Notes: generated by a model from the letters alone, not told the origin. Shown: positions 39,487 through 52,818, counted from the stretch's first letter. The stretch: 64,000 nt of DNA from Squalus acanthias (GCA_030390025.1 CM059432.1:78990001-79054000), one strand, 5' to 3'. Numbers and translations: made by a program.

Positions 39487-39707
39487 CTTCCAGGAAGCAA
39501 CTTTGCAATCTCAGCCCAGCGATTTCCCAGACGCTTATGTGCTTCATAAATGACCTTGTCTTCTTCTTCTGTCCAGGAAGATTTTTTAACTTCAGGATTT
39601 AAATGATTGTGCCACCTTTCCCGACACTGTTTTCCAATCCTGCCTTTTAGGTATTTGGCAATCAATGACCATCGTTTTGGACCATATTTCTGAACTAACT
39701 CAATTAC
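39487..39707 (-). CDS. MYBL1: MYBL1 exon 5 (R2/R3)
   Basis: atag|GTA...GGAAG|gtatgc; 221 nt; VIELVQKYGPKRWSLIAKYLKGRIGKQCRERWHNHLNPEVKKSSWTEEEDKVIYEAHKRLGNRWAEIAKLLPGR. Confidence 0.97.
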
Positions 39708-39929
39708 CTATGGTAAGTGGGGTAGGGGAGCGGAAAATAAAGCTAAAAGTTGTATCACATCAAAAGTATCTGATTCCATACTTCATACAATAAATTAAAA
39801 AAAGTCAGGACCAAAATTATTTTTTGCTAAAATCAATCTGCTAAAGCGCATACTCCAATGCAAAAAAGAAATCCTACATACAAGTTCATTTAGTTTTTGT
39901 GATAATAAAATATTTGGTTAACTGAATTT

Positions 39930-40262
39930 CTTTGCGCCCCCCCCCCCTTCCATTTTTTCTGACAATTTTCTCATTTCTTTACCCCTCCTATGGGCATTGA
40001 TTCCTTGCTGAGGTATAATCCACAGGTGCCAGTATCCTCAGTTACCTCACACAATTGGTCATTCTTCATGTGTAAGCTTAGACAGCAAGTGTCAGGAAGT
40101 TATTAAACCACAGCATCAGAATCCTGTCTTCACTTCAAGTCCCTACCAACCCAGCTAAGATCAGTTAACTTAGCACGGACCAGCAATTGAATCTGGGATC
40201 TTCCTGGTCTGTATAGTTCAGCTGCTCACTGTCTTAATCAGATGAGCCATCAGAGGAGCTGC
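39930..40262 (-). mobile_element. Old tRNA-derived SINE (AmnSINE2-like, from recollection)
   Basis: Minus strand: agctcctctgatggctca...atacagaccaggaagatcccagattcaat...gtgctaagttaactgatctt. Confidence 0.5.
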
Positions 40263-41385
40263 TGAATTGAATGACACACAAACACTATTTCTGCATTGTT
40301 TCCTCTCCAGCCCGCTAATCAAAAGTGTGTAAATATCTGGGCTATTTGGTTGCATTGGCAAATCCACTTTTCCGAAGAGTTTAAACTTGACCTTAAAGCA
40401 CAAATATCTGGGTTAGCATTGCCACAGAGCTAATAGCAAGCACCTCTAATGTTGATCGATGAACTAGAAATAATAGACTACCCACAGTGCTGCTTCAGGT
40501 GTGACTATGTGTCACTGAATGCTGATGCCCAAATAAAGAGTGCACAACATACATGGCAAATTTATTATAAATTGTTTATCTCAAACCAACACAACAAAGC
40601 TCTTTGAGGGGCTTTTTTGTAAGCGCAGACCGTTACACTCAAGGAGTCCTGCCTCACCACTACAACCTGTATATGCAATGGAACTACATGAACCAAAGAA
40701 CTAGGGAAACTGTACTATATTTATATCCCCACACATGGCAGTTTTTGGTTACAGAAATGTCAATCAGAATAAAAACAATGGCAGGAAATGGCTTATGTAC
40801 TATGTTGATTGGTAGTAATAACCATTGTCTACTTTAGAGGTGATGCCAATTGTGACGTAATGTGCATTGGATAGCTTTAGAAAACCAGCTTATTTTGATG
40901 GTTCAGTCATTAAAGATAATTATAGCATTTGCTCGCACAGTGGCAACTTTACATAGATTAACATACTGTAAACCTGAATATATCCGGCCAACCAACCCGG
41001 ATGGTTTGTAGAAAAAACCCTCTGCACTTCATGTCAAACCCAGATAGTGTATTCTCTCCTTCACAAAGACAATAGAAATCTCTCCCAGAAAGCAGTCAGA
41101 GACCATTTTAAAGTTGTTACAATACTAGGCATAGCAATAAATTCCTGTAAAAATATGCAATACAGAAGATTCTCATGATCTGAAACAGGACAGATCCTCA
41201 GGTCTGACAGTGACATATCTGTGGATTGATCCTGCAAAAAAAAATTATAATAAAGAATGGAGTACAAGATAGATTATGGAGACGCCATAAAATCTAAAGT
41301 TGTATTTGCAAAAATAATTGAATGGTGGCATGGTAGAAAAATAGGGTTATTTCCAATTTTGTGTGCACTCACAATTGGCATCACC

Positions 41386-42409
41386 TCTAGTGGGGTACTG
41401 CAAGATCAGTGCTTGGGCCTCAGCTATTCACAATCTACATCAATGATTTGGATGAGGGGACCAAATGTAATATATCCAAGTTTGCTGATGATACAAAGCT
41501 GGGTGGGAATGTAAGTTGTGAGGAGGATGCAAGGAGGCTTCAAGGGGATATAGACAGGCTAAGTGAGTGGGCAAGAACATGGCAAATGAAATATAATGTG
41601 GAGAAATGTGCAGTTATCCACTTTGGTAAGAAAAATAGAAAAGCAGTGTATTTTTTAAATGGTGAGAGATTGGAAAATGTTGGTGTTCAAAGGGACCTGG
41701 GTGTCCTTGTACACTAATCACTGAAAGTTAACATGCAGGTAAAGCAAGTAATTAGGAAAGTAAATGGTATGATGGCCTTTATTACAAGAGGATTTGAGTA
41801 GAAGAGTAAAGACGTCTTACTGCAATTATATAGGGCCCTGGTGAGACCACACCTGGAGTATTGTGTATAGTTTTGGTCTCCTTACCTAAGGAAGGATATA
41901 CTTGCCACAGAGGGAGTGCAATGAAGGTTCACCAGACTGGTTCCTAGGATGGGGGCATTGTCCTATGAGGAGAGATTGAGTGCACTAGGCCTATATTCGA
42001 GAGTTTAGAAGAATGAGAGGTGATCTCATTGAAACACACAAAATTCTTACAGGGCTTGACAGGGTAGATGCAGGGAGGATGTTTCCCCTGACTGGGGAGT
42101 CTAGAACTACGGGTCACAGTCTCAGAATAAGGGGTCGACCATTTAGGACTGAGATGAGGAGAAATTTCTTCACTCAGAGGGTGGTGAATCTTTGGAATTC
42201 TCTACCCCAGAGGGCTGTGGAGGCTCAGTCATTGAGTATATTCAAGACAGAGATCGATAGATTTTTTAATATTAAGGGAATCAAGGAATATGGGGATAGT
42301 GCAGGAAAGTGGAGATGAGGTAGAAGATCAGCCATGATCTTGTTGAATGGCGGAGCAGGCTCGAAGGGCCAAATAGCCTACTCCTGCTCCTATTTATGTT
42401 CTTATGTTC
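41386..42409 (+). mobile_element. CR1 LINE 3' part
   Basis: ORFs 41409-41717 and 42013-42318; CR1 tail. Confidence 0.93.
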
Positions 42410-42573
42410 ACTCTGTTTCCATTAATTCAATGAATGGAATGAACAAAAACATCTTTTTATATAAAAGACAAAAAAAAAAAATCAGGGTTTAACATTTAGA
42501 AAATGTTACTTTGAGATTAAGAATTAACAACAGCAGCATACTTCAAGAAGTTTCAGATTTATAATTATCTTAC

Positions 42574-42666
42574 CTTTTGATCTTCCTCCTTAGTCCATGG
42601 TCCTTTTATTAGCTCTGGATTTAAAACCTTTTGCCACCTATGCTGACATTGAACATCTGTTCGGTT
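42574..42666 (-). CDS. MYBL1: MYBL1 exon 4 (R1/R2)
   Basis: atag|AAC...AAG|gtaag; 93 nt; NRTDVQCQHRWQKVLNPELIKGPWTKEEDQK. Confidence 0.96.
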
Positions 42667-42861
42667 CTATAACATTTCAAAAGACCTTGATTAGAAATGT
42701 AGCACCAGAAATGTGTCAAAATTAAAAGTCATTTTCGTTAACCAGAGGGAGCTTTTCTACTGGTTTTACAACTGAAAACGCATCACACTAAAGCATCAAG
42801 GAATATAATAGCATACCAGAGGACCTCTTGCAGAGTTGCTCACCAAATTGGAAGATATTGG

Positions 42862-44340
42862 TTTTTTTTTTTAAATTCGTTCCTGGGATGTGAGCGAGGC
42901 TGGCAAGGCCAGCATTTATTGCCCATCCCTAATTGCCCTCGAGAAGGTGGTGGCGAGCTGCCTTCTTGAACCGCTGCAGTCCGTGTGGTGAAGGTACTCC
43001 CATAATGCTGTTAGGGAGCGAGCTCCAGGATTTCGACCCAGCGATGATGAAGGAACGGCAATATATTTCCAAGTCAGGATGGTGCGTGATGGTGTGCCCA
43101 TGCACCTGCTGCCCTTGTCCTTCTAGGTGGTAGCGGTCGTGGGTTTGGGAGGTGCTGCCGAAAGAGCCTTGGCGAGTTGCTGCAGTGCATCTTGTAGATG
43201 GTACACACTGCAGCCACGGTGCGCCGGTGGTGGAGGGAGTGAATGTTTAAGGTGGTGGATGGGGTGCCAATCAAGCAAGCAGCATTGTCCTGGATGGTTT
43301 GGAGCTTCTTCAGTGTTGTTGGAGCTGCACTCATCCAGGCAAGTGGACAGTATTCCATCACACTCCTGACTTGTGCCTTGTAGATGGTGGAAAGGCTTTG
43401 GGGAGTCAGGTGAGACACTCAACACAGAATACCCAGCCTCTGACCTGCTCTTGTTGCCACAGTATTTATGTGGCTGGTCCAGTTAAGTTTCTGGTCAATG
43501 GTGACCCCCAGGGTGTTAATGGTGGGGGATTCGGCGATGGTCATGCCATTGAATGTCAAGGGGTGGTGGTCAGACTCTCGCTTGTTGGAGAGTCATTGCC
43601 TGGCACTAATATTACTTGCTATTTATCAGCCCAAGCCTGAATGTGTTGCTGCATGTGGGCACGGACTGCTTCATTATCTGAGAAGTTGCGAATGGAACTG
43701 AACACTGCAAAATCACCAGCGAACATTCCCGCTTCTGACTTTATGATGGAGGGAAGGTCATTGATGAAGCAGCTGAAGATGGCTGGGCCTAGGACACTGT
43801 CCTGAGGAACTCCTGCAGCGATGTCCTGGGGCTGAGAGAATTGGCCTCCAACAACCACAACGATCTTCCTTTTTTCCTCGATATGACTCCAGCCAGTGGA
43901 GAGTTTTCCCTTGATTCCCATTGACTTCAGTTTTACTTGGGCTCCTGGATGCCACACTCGGTCAAATGCTGCTTGTCAAAGGCAGTTACTCTCACCTCAC
44001 CTCTGGAATTCAGCTCTTTTGTCCATGTTTGGACCAAGGCTGTTATGAGATCGGGGGCCGAGTGGTCCTGGCGGAACCCAAACTGAGCATCGGTGAGCAG
44101 GTTATTGGTGAGTAAGTGCCACTTGATAGCACTGTCGATGACACCTTCCATCACTTTGCTGATGATTGAGAGTAGACTGATGGGGCGGTAATTGGCCGGA
44201 TTGGATTTGTCCTGCTTTTTGTGGACAGGACATACCTGGGCAGTTTTCCACATTGTCGGGTAGATGCCAGTGTTGTAGCTATACTGGAACAGTTTGGCTA
44301 GAGGCACGGCTAGTTCTGAAGTACAAGTCTTTAGCACAGT
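42862..44340 (-). mobile_element. 5'-truncated copy of the 14249-17648 LINE family
   Basis: Poly-T at 42862; ORFs 43074-43418, 43619-43957 and 43933-44412 (NYRPISLLSIISKVME). Confidence 0.92.
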
Positions 44341-44995
44341 TAAAATGGGTCGCACAAGGCCCAAAAATGGCGGGCAGGATGAGTGCGCACACTTCCAACC
44401 AACAAGAGGCATCCTCTAACCAAGCGTTGAGACATTTGCATATGCAAATAAGGTGCCCAATGTCCCTGCTGCAACATCAGCTTGCCTCGAGGCAGCCAAC
44501 CCCAACTGCCTCGGAGAAAACAAAATCTAAACGTCGTGAATGTAAAAAAAAGGCACGTACTTACCAGAATCACCGCCTCTCCCGGTCCCAACCACCCAAA
44601 CTCCCTCCTGACCTCGATGCCTTCCAACCCTCGATTCCTCCCTCCAGTCCCTGATGTCTTCCTCCATAACCCACCCAATCTTGATCCCGACCCCCTATGT
44701 CAATTCCGAAGCCCACGATATCCCTCCTCGACAGCACTCCTGAGCCCCCCCCACCCAAATGCACTCCAGAGACCTGCGATCTACTTACACGTGAGCCACT
44801 GCGCTAGCAGCAGCCCAAACTTGGAGGACCTACCTGATGCTGCTTCCTACCACAGCGCCGGCTTCACGATGATGAGGTCTGAGGCCAAATATCCAGGGCT
44901 CCTCGGACCTCACCATTTGTGCGCAGGGGAATAACACAGGGGTCACTCTCAGATTTAACCCCCATAACTGTTTTATAAGAAGAGTATTATACAGT

Positions 44996-45573
44996 GGGCC
45001 AGAATTTGCTGGCAAAATAACGACGAGTTTAATGCACCATTATTATGTAAATCACACAGCAATTTGTGGCGAGGAAGAGATACCCCGTGAGTTATGAATC
45101 GCCACAAATTGCTGGGGGATTTGCGTCATTAGCCTTGCGAAAACAGCAGCTCGCCGTCATTCTCCCTGTGAGTTCCAAGAAATTACATTTGCGCAATAAT
45201 TACCAATTAAACCCTCCACAGAAAACTTAGGGCTGGTACTTATTCGTGCAAGGACCCTTCTAATGATGAGATTTATTTTCCTGCAAAGCCACTCAACCTC
45301 TCCAGCCCAGAAAGGGAACAATTGAAACTGTGGAGTCTCATTCCTGCAGGTAGTAAATTGTTTGAGATTTCTTTAAATTAAAAAAAAATTCTTACTTTTC
45401 CTTTGTCTCTTTTTCTCTCTCAATATAATCTTTTTTTCCTTCTCTATTTCTCTTTCTGCACCTGATTTGACTCTAATTCACGCTATTTCCTTCTCAGTCA
45501 TTCCTCAGTTTCTTGCTCAGTCCTTAAATCTCATTGGTTAAGCGAGATGCTCCATTCCAGCAGATTCTGTGCC
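44996..45573. mobile_element. Harbinger-type MITE, related to 8924-9674
   Basis: TIR gggccagaatttgctgg / ccagcagattctgtgcc. Confidence 0.7.
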
Positions 45574-45947
45574 AATGTACTTATATCAATGCATTATTCT
45601 CCTCCTAAGTGGAGATTTGTCCCTTTAAGGTCACAAGCTCCAATTGATGTAAATAGGCAACCCAAGGAAAATTAGAGGTTAATTCTTGTTTAAAGTTTCG
45701 GATTAGCAGCTGCTTAACTTTTCTCCTTTTCTGAAAAGTGAAGAAAAACCAGGAAATGACTGGGTTTCTTTCTCTTATATTTAAGACTTTTTTTTTAAAT
45801 TGCTGCTAGAAATTTCTCCAGCTACCATAGAAGTGAAAGTGTTATCTTCCTCTTTAAGTGATGGCTTCACCCATCATGTACACATCATGGTTTTCAAAGC
45901 AAAAAAAAAAATCACAAAATGTAATTATTAAAAATTCTTTCACTTAC

Positions 45948-46019
45948 AAGAAAATGACTAGCAATGAAATTCCAATCTTCTGTACCATGTTCTTCTACCA
46001 ACCTCTTTAACTTCTCATC
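45948..46019 (-). CDS. MYBL1: MYBL1 exon 3 (R1)
   Basis: aacag|GAT...CTT|gtaagt; 72 nt; DEKLKRLVEEHGTEDWNFIASHFL. Confidence 0.95.
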
Positions 46020-46359
46020 CTGTTTATTACAAATGAGAGAATATAGGGTATTCACTATTAGTAGAATAGAATTGCAAAAGTTAGGACAGAAACTAACACA
46101 GCCAAGAATTTTAAGTTATTTGGCTGAAAGCATCTGTTAATTGGTTCAACCATGAGAATTCAAACAGAAACCAAGTTAAGGTCTTTAGTACTTCAGCAAT
46201 TTATCACTACAGTCAAAATAGATGTGAACTATAAAATTATTTCCTGTGGAAGTTTGGTTCTGCAATTATACAACATTATCTTCATATTTAATATTGCGAT
46301 AGCTAAATGGTAGATCAAAAAAGCCACGCACATATTCTATTAGGACCATTCAGATTTAC

Positions 46360-46465
46360 CTCATCAGGTATCCATTTAACTTTGTTACAGAGCTTCTTTG
46401 TACCTTTCTGTTGAGGCATGTCATAGTCACGATCTTGGAACAGATGCTCATCATCATCATCTTCA
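46360..46465 (-). CDS. MYBL1: MYBL1 exon 2 (acidic N-terminus, start of R1)
   Basis: aacag|TGAAGAT...GATGAG|gtaaat; 106 nt; EDDDDEHLFQDRDYDMPQQKGTKKLCNKVKWIPDE. Confidence 0.93.
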
Positions 46466-47214
46466 CTGTTTCCAAAAGACAGATGTTCATACATTATTTT
46501 ACACATTGAAATTAGTCACTAGAACGTTCAAGACTATTTAAGTCCATATTGGTGAAAATAAAATAAAATTGTACTAGGTTTCACTCTCTCTCTCCAAAAC
46601 AATGATACTAAAAATTCATAAAGGAACAAAAGTTTTGAGATTTATATAAAACAGGTTTAAAAAAAGGTTGTTCAAGATTTTTGTCTAAGCCACATAAGTG
46701 TGTACCTTGGAGCCAAGTATAAATGTTTACATCCATGTTTCCATTCATTTGCAAATACCTCAAGTCACTGATACTAGGTGCTTTAATTTAGGATTTATCC
46801 ACCAACAATGTCAAGGCCAGGTCTTTCCAAACCTCCAGGCGCACAAAACTCAAACAGGACAAACTAGAAAATAAGAAATGCATATAATCTACTCTTAATT
46901 CAAAAATTGCTCAATTCAAACTATCTAATTACATTAAGCACTAAATTCTCACTTTACTGTTAATTACATTGCTTAATTCAGATTATTGGATAATTCACAT
47001 TTTTTAAGCACAAAAAGTGACTGAATTATCAATAGTAGATTGTAAAGACATAGCTCCTTCATCTTTATGGGCCAGATTGGCAGGTGTTAAGCCCAGACAT
47101 GGCTCCCTGAAGGTGTTGACTTTCCTGGGGTATGTTTCCATGGGTACCTACATCAAGGTGGTACCTCACGCAAGTGCCCATTCTTCATACATACGCCGAG
47201 ACAGTAAGTAGTAG

Positions 47215-48910
47215 GAATCATAGGAATAGGAGTAGGTTATTCAGCCCTCGAGCCCGTTTTGCCATTCAATTAGATCATGGTTGATCTGTACAACTCCATT
47301 TACCCACTTCTGATCATATCCCTTGATATCCTTACCTAATAAAAATCTCTCGGTCTCAGCCTTGAAAATTTCAATTGACCTAGCATCCATAGCACTTTGG
47401 GTGGTGGCGGGGGGGGAGAGGAGAGAGAGAGAGAGAGGAGAATTCTGGATTTCCACTACCTTTTGTGTGAAAAATTTCACTTCCAAATGACCTAGCTCTA
47501 ATTTTAAAGATGATGTCCCTTTATTTCAGATACCCCCACCAGAGGAAATAGTTTCTGTATCTACCATATCCAAGCCTTTTATCATTTTAAACTCCTCAAT
47601 TAAATCACTCAAGGGAATAACAAGCCAAGTTTATGCAACCTGTTCTCATAATTAAAACTTTAGTACTGGTACCATTCTGGTGAATCTGCACTGTACCCTT
47701 TCCAAGGCCAATATATCCTTCCTGAGGTTCTGTGCACAAAACTGAAGGCATTACCCCAGATAGGGCTTGAACAAGACAGTACAACTGAAGCATAACTTCC
47801 TCCCTTTTGTAATACAGCCCCCTTGAGATAAAGGCCAACATTCCATTAGCCCTTTTGATTACTTTTTGTACTTGTCATTAGGTTTTACTGATTAGTATAC
47901 CTGGACAACCAAATCCCTTTGCTCCTCCATGGTTCCTAATCTCTCCCCATTAGAACATATGCCGATTTGTCTTTCTTGGATTCAAAGTGGTGACCTCATA
48001 CTTCCCCACATTGAACTCCATCTGCCAGAATTTTACCCACTCACTTAATCTGTCTATGTCCCTTTGCAACTTCCTGCCCCCATCTACACAACTTACTGTG
48101 CCTCCCAATTTTGTGTCATCTGCGAACTTGGATATACAACTTTATTCCTTCATTCAAGCCATTGATATATATGGTGAAAAGCGGAGGCCCCAGTACAGAT
48201 CCCTGGGGAACACCACTGGTCACATCCTGCCAATCAGTAAATATTTCCTTTACCCCTACTCTCTGTCTCCTAACTCCCAACCAATTACCAATCCATGTCA
48301 CCAGATTACCTCAAATTCTATGCACCTTTATTTTCGCTATTCTCTTGTGTAAAACCTGATCAAATGCCTTTGGAAGTCCATATAGACAACATCCATAGAC
48401 ACTCCCCTATCCACCAGGTTAGTGACCTCTTCAAAAATTTCAACTAGATTAGTCAGACATGACCTTCACAATTGCATGTTAACTCCCTTTGATCAGCTGA
48501 TACTTGTTCAAGTGCTCAGTCACTCTGTCTCCGATGATAGTTGTGGGGAATTACTGGAATCTGACATGAAACTGGCAGGTCTGTAGTTTCTCGTTTCACC
48601 CTTCCTCCTTTCCTAGCTAATAGAGTGACATTTGCAATTTTCCAATCCAAAGGCAGAGTTCCCAAATCTAGAGAGCATTCGAAAGTGATAATTAACCATT
48701 CTATATATTACCACTGGTTTCTTTTAATACCCTAGGGTGGAAACCATAAGGTCCTGGAGATTTATCTATCTTAAGTCCCATTATTTCCTCCATTATCATT
48801 TTCTTACTTATATTAAATCCATTTAGTTCCTCCCCATGACTTATTTTTAGGTTCCCTTGTACCGCTGGTATTTTGTCCTCTTCCTCTACTATGAAAATAG
48901 ATACAAAGTC
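47215..48910 (-). mobile_element. Older CR1 LINE
   Basis: Minus-strand [24 protein letters not shown] and FFTQKVV; CR1 tail. Confidence 0.88.
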
Positions 48911-48927
48911 TGGCTCATTGGACGTAT

Positions 48928-49430
48928 GTCAGCCTTGGCTCAGAGGTAGCACTCTCGCCTCTGAATCAGAAGGTTGTGGATTCAAGCCCCACTCCAGGGA
49001 TTTGAACACTTAATCCAGGCTGACACTTCACAGCATTACTGTTGGAGGCATCATCTTTCGGACGAGGTGTTAAACCTAGGTCCCATCTGCTCTCTCTCTC
49101 CAGTTGAATGTAAAAGGTCCCATGGCACTAATCAAAAATGAGAAGTCGCACAACACCAGGTTATAGTCCAACAGTTTTATTTGAAATTACGAGCTTTCGG
49201 AGCTCTGCTCCTTCGTCAAGTACACTGGGAGTTCTGTGTGTCTGGGCAATGCTTACCCCTCAATCAACATCACTTTAAAAAAAAAAGATTATCTGATCAT
49301 TGCTGTTTGTGGAACCTTGCATTTCCCTATAATACAAAAGTGACTACACTTCAAAAAAAAGTACTTAATTGACTGTAGAGCACTTTGGGATGTCCTCAGA
49401 TTGTGAAAGGTACTGTATCCTTTTACTTTT
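48928..49430 (+). mobile_element. DeuSINE copy interrupted by a Penelope terminal fragment (about 49140-49223)
   Basis: gtcagccttggctcagaggtagc...ggattcaagccc; homologous to the reverse complement of 37434-37892. Confidence 0.82.
49188..49223 (-). ncRNA. Hammerhead-like motif of a second Penelope family (C3->U)
   Basis: Minus strand: UAC UUGACGA A GGAGC-AGA-GCUCC GAAA G CUC GUA. Confidence 0.5.
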
Positions 49431-51016
49431 ATATGTAGTTTGCAAACCCTAGGAATCTAACTGACAAAGTCCAGGAAACTCAAGTTTGATTCACACATAT
49501 ATTTCTTACTTGCTGGTTTGTCCTGTTTTAATTTTCTGGCCTGAGAGACATGGAGAACCCATTATTAGTGCTGTTGTCTCATTTGTGGATAAATCCTAAC
49601 TCACAACATCAAAATCTGTTAGTATCTGCAGTTTGAGATATATTTATCCTGCGAGGCTCCATGGTATGCACCGGTAAGCAGCCTGCAAAAACAAATTAAA
49701 AGTTTGGACACTCCCAATTTAACACCTCGGAAAATGTGTCTGTCACTTTTTCCCTTAATAGGGCCCGTTTAGTACTTTCCCTTGAACAAAAGTTTTCAAA
49801 ATAGAAAAAGGAAAAAGCCTTAGGCCCACATAGCCAGTTTGTGTTTTTGACTTGGGCTCAATTCTATCGACGAGCCTTCTTACCACATTCCTCAATGCCT
49901 TCCCTCCAGAAGGCAAATCTTCAACCCACATATTCGGTTTGCTTCAATGGCTATGCAACTTGTTCCACAAGTCTATTTCCTTTTGTATTATATTTTAAAA
50001 AGTCCAAATGACTTCCCTTTTAATTCTATCCTAATCTTTGCCATACTGACGGAACATGAATTTCTTCTGCATCCATTCAGAGATTAGTAGTGCACACCAA
50101 CAGAACAAGTATAATAGTGGAGGGATGAAAGGAGTCAGCGACAATGGGAAGAGGCGGAAAACAGCAGAGCAAAAGGTCAATTGCAGCATTGGAGCAGAAT
50201 CTAGAGCTAGATGGGAACCAGAAGGAACAGATCAGAGCTATTTCAGCACAGAGGAGCAGAAAACTGAACACAGCAGCAGGCCAGATACTAGAATCCAGAC
50301 GGCTCAGCAGAGAAATTAGTCTCCGTAGAAAGTGGCAATGACATTGGAGGTGACTATAAAATCCAGAGGCAGTGGAGAAATGAACTTTGGTCCAGGAGAA
50401 AGTGGATTTTTGTCCAGGACCCACACAGCAGCAAAATAAAGCTCGTCACCCCACTCCAGCTAAGCCTGCAGACCAAAGTCCCAACGGTAGGGGGGTCACA
50501 GCTGGACAAGCAGTGACCCACTCCCCACTGCTTGTCCAGCCAAGACCACACTGCACTGGTAAACTGTGTGGTTTTAGCTTGTGAAACCCCAGCTGTACCC
50601 CACGCACAACTGAAAGTCCCTGAGCCTCATCTTTTCCAATCTGCTCTCTGGACTTAGTTAAGTGAGGTTTGTCCCAATGGGGACAGGGTGTGTGTCCTCC
50701 TTATCTGGCTCACTGAATTCCAACATGTCTAAATTTCTCAGTGGCGTCGGATCAGGTGCGTGCGGGCCGCACCGCAGGTCGGGAACACGATGTTCTGCTC
50801 AGCAGCGTTCTTCAGGGCAACTTTCACTTAATGGCCCCACTTAAAGCAGTCATGCGTGTTTCCCAGCCCAATTAAATGCAACGGGTCTGATGATGTCATC
50901 GATGACTTGTTTCCAGTGCCAATATTTAAAGCAGCCTTGCACTCAATTCATTTCAAGGTTGCTAGAGGAGGGTGGAAGCTGAAATCCAAAGGGCTGAGTA
51001 CTCTTCTAAACCAGCA

Positions 51017-52818
51017 ATGATGGATAGCCAAAGGCAGAGGGCTGCACCACGGTTTTCCGATGTATCCCTGCATACTCTGGTGGAGGCAGTCAGAGCACGC
51101 AGGGAGGTCCTCTTCCCTGCTGATAGGTGAAGGAGACCTCCAAAAGAGCCTGGCTGGATACAGCAGAGGAGGTCAGCAGCAGGGATGTGGTGAGGAGGAC
51201 CTGGATCCAGTGCAGGGAACAATTCAATGATCTCATGAGGTCAGGAAAGGGGAGTACAATGCCACACTCATCTACATCCTGATGTGCCTGTCACCACATC
51301 CTCATCACTCTGCATTTCCAAGCCTACTCCTGCACATCATTCCTCATACCTTGCACATCCACCCATCCCTCTCTCTCTATGTACATACTCACATCCCCAT
51401 CTGACTAACCACCCCCACACTCGCCCTCATCCTAATGCAATCATAGCAAGTAACACCACAGAAGCAGGCCATTTGGCATTGTCACCCCACTCCCTCAGTC
51501 ACCCTCTACAGATGTAACCCATCCATTCCTCACACTCAATACATCATTCACTCAAACTTCTCTTTTTTCCCCTCCTTGCAGGAGAAAAAAAAAATCCCAG
51601 AAGATGCAGGTGGCCCTCCAGTCTTCACCCAACTAACACCAGCTGAGGAGGGAGATGCTAGCGTTAGGAGATGGAGAGAGGGGAACATCCCAGCAACCTG
51701 GTGACAGAAACACATCTACAGCCACATGGCATACAGCAGTCACTCATATGGTGACTGATGTCAGCAGCCAGTGTGCATAACGGTGCATCATGTGCATAAT
51801 GGCAACGTTACACATTATAAACAATGAATTCTAATTCATCTCTTTACTCTCCCACAGGTACATCAACTGCCGCCCCCCCATTGTCCAGCCGGAGGAGGAA
51901 GACGACTCCTCAGGAGGAACCTCCAGCCTCTGAGGGTGCAGCGTCAGCAGACCCAAGAACACACGGCACCAGCGCAGATATGCACAGCTCGGTGAGTCCT
52001 GTGCGAGCTAGAGTAGTGTTGTCACCTGGTGTCTCACAATTCACAAGTGAGCAAGAGCAGGTGGTGTTGTCAGGGACAGCAGTGGAGACTCCTCGCCGGA
52101 GGGCGCAGGACACTCCAAGCTCTGCTGAGCTGCATGCCGATGCTGAGCCTCGGGAGCCATTGAAAAAGAGGGCGATCTTGGAGGGGCAGCAACAATTGCA
52201 TGAGGCTCTGGCATCTTTTACAGCCGCAATGTCTGCAAATGTGCAGAGAATGGAGGAGTCCATCTCCAACATGAGCACCACCATGTCTCAGGCGATGGCA
52301 ACGATATGCTGTTCCATGGAAAGGAGGGCCACCTGTATGGAGCAGCAAATGCGCCAGTCACATGAGCACATGCGTACTGTGGACAACAGATGACAGGTGC
52401 TCAGAGCTCCTCTCTAGGAGGGATGTAAACGTAGACTCGGGTGTTCATCGCCCCACTGATGTGCAGCAAAGTGCTCTCCAGCTCCTTGCTAGCAGGGAAG
52501 TGCAAGTGGCCCATGAGAGGGATGATGGTGAGAGGGGACATAGAAGTGGGGCTCTTCTCAAAGTGCTCACACTTCTCCCTCGTTGCCTCCCCCTCAGTCC
52601 CATGCTTCCTCAGAGCCCGATGGCTGAGTCTGCCCCTGCAAAGTTGCAGGAGGAGCAGACTTTGGTGGGGCCATCACAGACTCCAAAACCCAGAGGATCT
52701 GCCAAAAGTGTCTAATGAGTCGCAGCAGGGAAGTAAGCAGCCTGCCTCTACCTCTGCTGAAGCCACAGGGGTTGCACCTTGTAGAAGCACTCGGAAAAGA
52801 AAAAAGACACAAAAGTAG
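51017..52818 (+). pseudogene. Harbinger Myb/SANT-like DNA-binding gene, three exons (about 51017-51249, 51582-51700, 51858-52818)
   Basis: MMDSQRQRAAPRFSDVSLHTLVEAVRARREVLFP*..AWLDTAEEVSSRDVVRRTWIQCREQFNDL; acceptors ttgcag (51581) and cccacag (51857); coiled-coil-like ORF 51824-52393; basic C-terminus RSTRKRKK; stop codon, frameshifts and mutated donor. Confidence 0.78.

Larger units (their letters stand above)
519..46465 (-). other. MYBL1: MYBL1 (A-Myb) gene body, coding exons 2-15 (exon 1 and terminal exon not found in window)
   Basis: 14 exons splice in frame (2107 nt = 1 nt + 702 codons), giving R1R2R3 Myb repeats, an acidic transactivation domain and the conserved C-terminal domain. 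A-Myb-type motifs: [82 protein letters not shown]. Confidence 0.92.

Noticed and set aside
519..46465. Calling the gene MYB (c-Myb) or MYBL2
   Set aside because: Diagnostic motifs (KKSSW, TDNSIKN, SAENEVRRKR, AAQEKKYGPL, PQQKG) match A-Myb as I recall it; a phylogeny would confirm.
46315..46506. ORF MCKIMYEHLSFGNSEDDD as the MYBL1 start
   Set aside because: Similarity to A-Myb starts at a good acceptor (aacag|46465); the upstream residues are intronic read-through.
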